This document shows, in pieces, positions 63,267 to 64,000 of a stretch of 64,000 nt of DNA. Numbering within the stretch: the first letter of the stretch is position 1; the number at the start of each line of letters is the position of its first letter. Under the pieces are notes generated by a model. It had not been told where the DNA came from. It did no database searches and saw nothing but the letters and a program-made list of their open reading frames with translations. The position numbers were made by a program, and so were the translations under genes. Source of the DNA: Squalus acanthias (lineage: Eukaryota); contig CM059452.1 of assembly GCA_030390025.1 (NCBI GenBank), forward strand, positions 6,758,001 through 6,822,000, read 5' to 3'.

Positions 63267-64000
63267 GGTTAAGGACATCTCCTCTGGGCTGGAGTGGAAC
63301 TTGGAGTGGGAGGGGGAGGATCCAGTTGGCATGGTCCACGTAGGCACCAATGACATAGGTAGGACCAAGAAAGAGATTCTGCTGAGAGAGTATGAGCAGC
63401 GAGGGGCTAAATTAAAAAACAGAACCACAAATGTAATAATCTCTGGATTACTACCTGAGCCACGAGCGAATTTGCATCGGGTAAATAAGATCAGAGAAAT
63501 GAATGAGTGGCTCAAAGACTGGTGTGGGAGAAATGGGTTTCGATTTGTGCGGCACTGGCACCAGTACTGGGATAAGAGGAAGCTGTTCCGTTTGGACGGG
63601 CTTCACTTGAATCTTGCTGGGGCTAGAGTCCTGTCGAATCGAATAACTGGGGCTGTCGAGAGGGCTTTAAACTAAATAGAGCGGGGGGGGGGGGCGGAGG
63701 TTCCATGTGAGCGGGAATTTTAAAAGTCAATGAGAAATTAGAAAACAATAGAGCAGGATAGAGATGGGAGAAATAATAACCAGAGTGTGACAGGAAGGGA
63801 CAGAATGTTTACAAATAAGAGTGCAACAGAAAATGGGCCAAAACAAGGAGAAATGGTGAAAAGACAAAGTTAAAAGCTCTATATCTAAATGCACGCAGCA
63901 TTCGTAACAAGATAGATGAGTTGATGGCACAAATAGATACAAATGGGTATGATCTGATCGCCATTATAGAGACGAGGTTGCAAGGTGACCAGGGCTGGGA
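63267..64000 (+). mobile_element. Continuation of the host CR1 (ORF1 C-terminus, ORF2 start)
   Basis: VHVGTNDIG...IISGLLP...DGLHLN and YLNARS motifs. Confidence 0.85.

Overview
Cartilaginous-fish (shark) antigen-receptor region; the flanking repeats are vertebrate CR1/RTE LINEs, SINEs and minisatellites. Left of a ~200-N assembly gap (19747-19945) is an essentially complete IgM heavy-chain minicluster on the minus strand: leader, VH, J, Cmu1-4, secretory tail and TM1. It is partially germline-joined as VD...DJ and needs only one RAG join. Right of the gap is part of a TCR alpha/delta V array, with intact and pseudogene V segments in both orientations and CTCF-like motifs near many RSSs. The array ends in a NAR-TCR module: a rearranging NAR-type L-V-D-J cassette (46320-47631), a tandem duplicate whose V(D)J is already joined in frame in the genome (51017-51548), and a single leaderless supporting TCR-delta V (55608-55913). 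The 23-RSS of that supporting V has been amplified into a ~2 kb, ~34-copy tandem array. The most striking candidate system is this double NAR-TCR cassette. It offers an invariant, pre-rearranged NAR-TCR V domain with a CDR1 CxxC motif, and its splice phases permit a three-V-domain TCR-delta chain. All calls are from reading the sequence; no searches were run.
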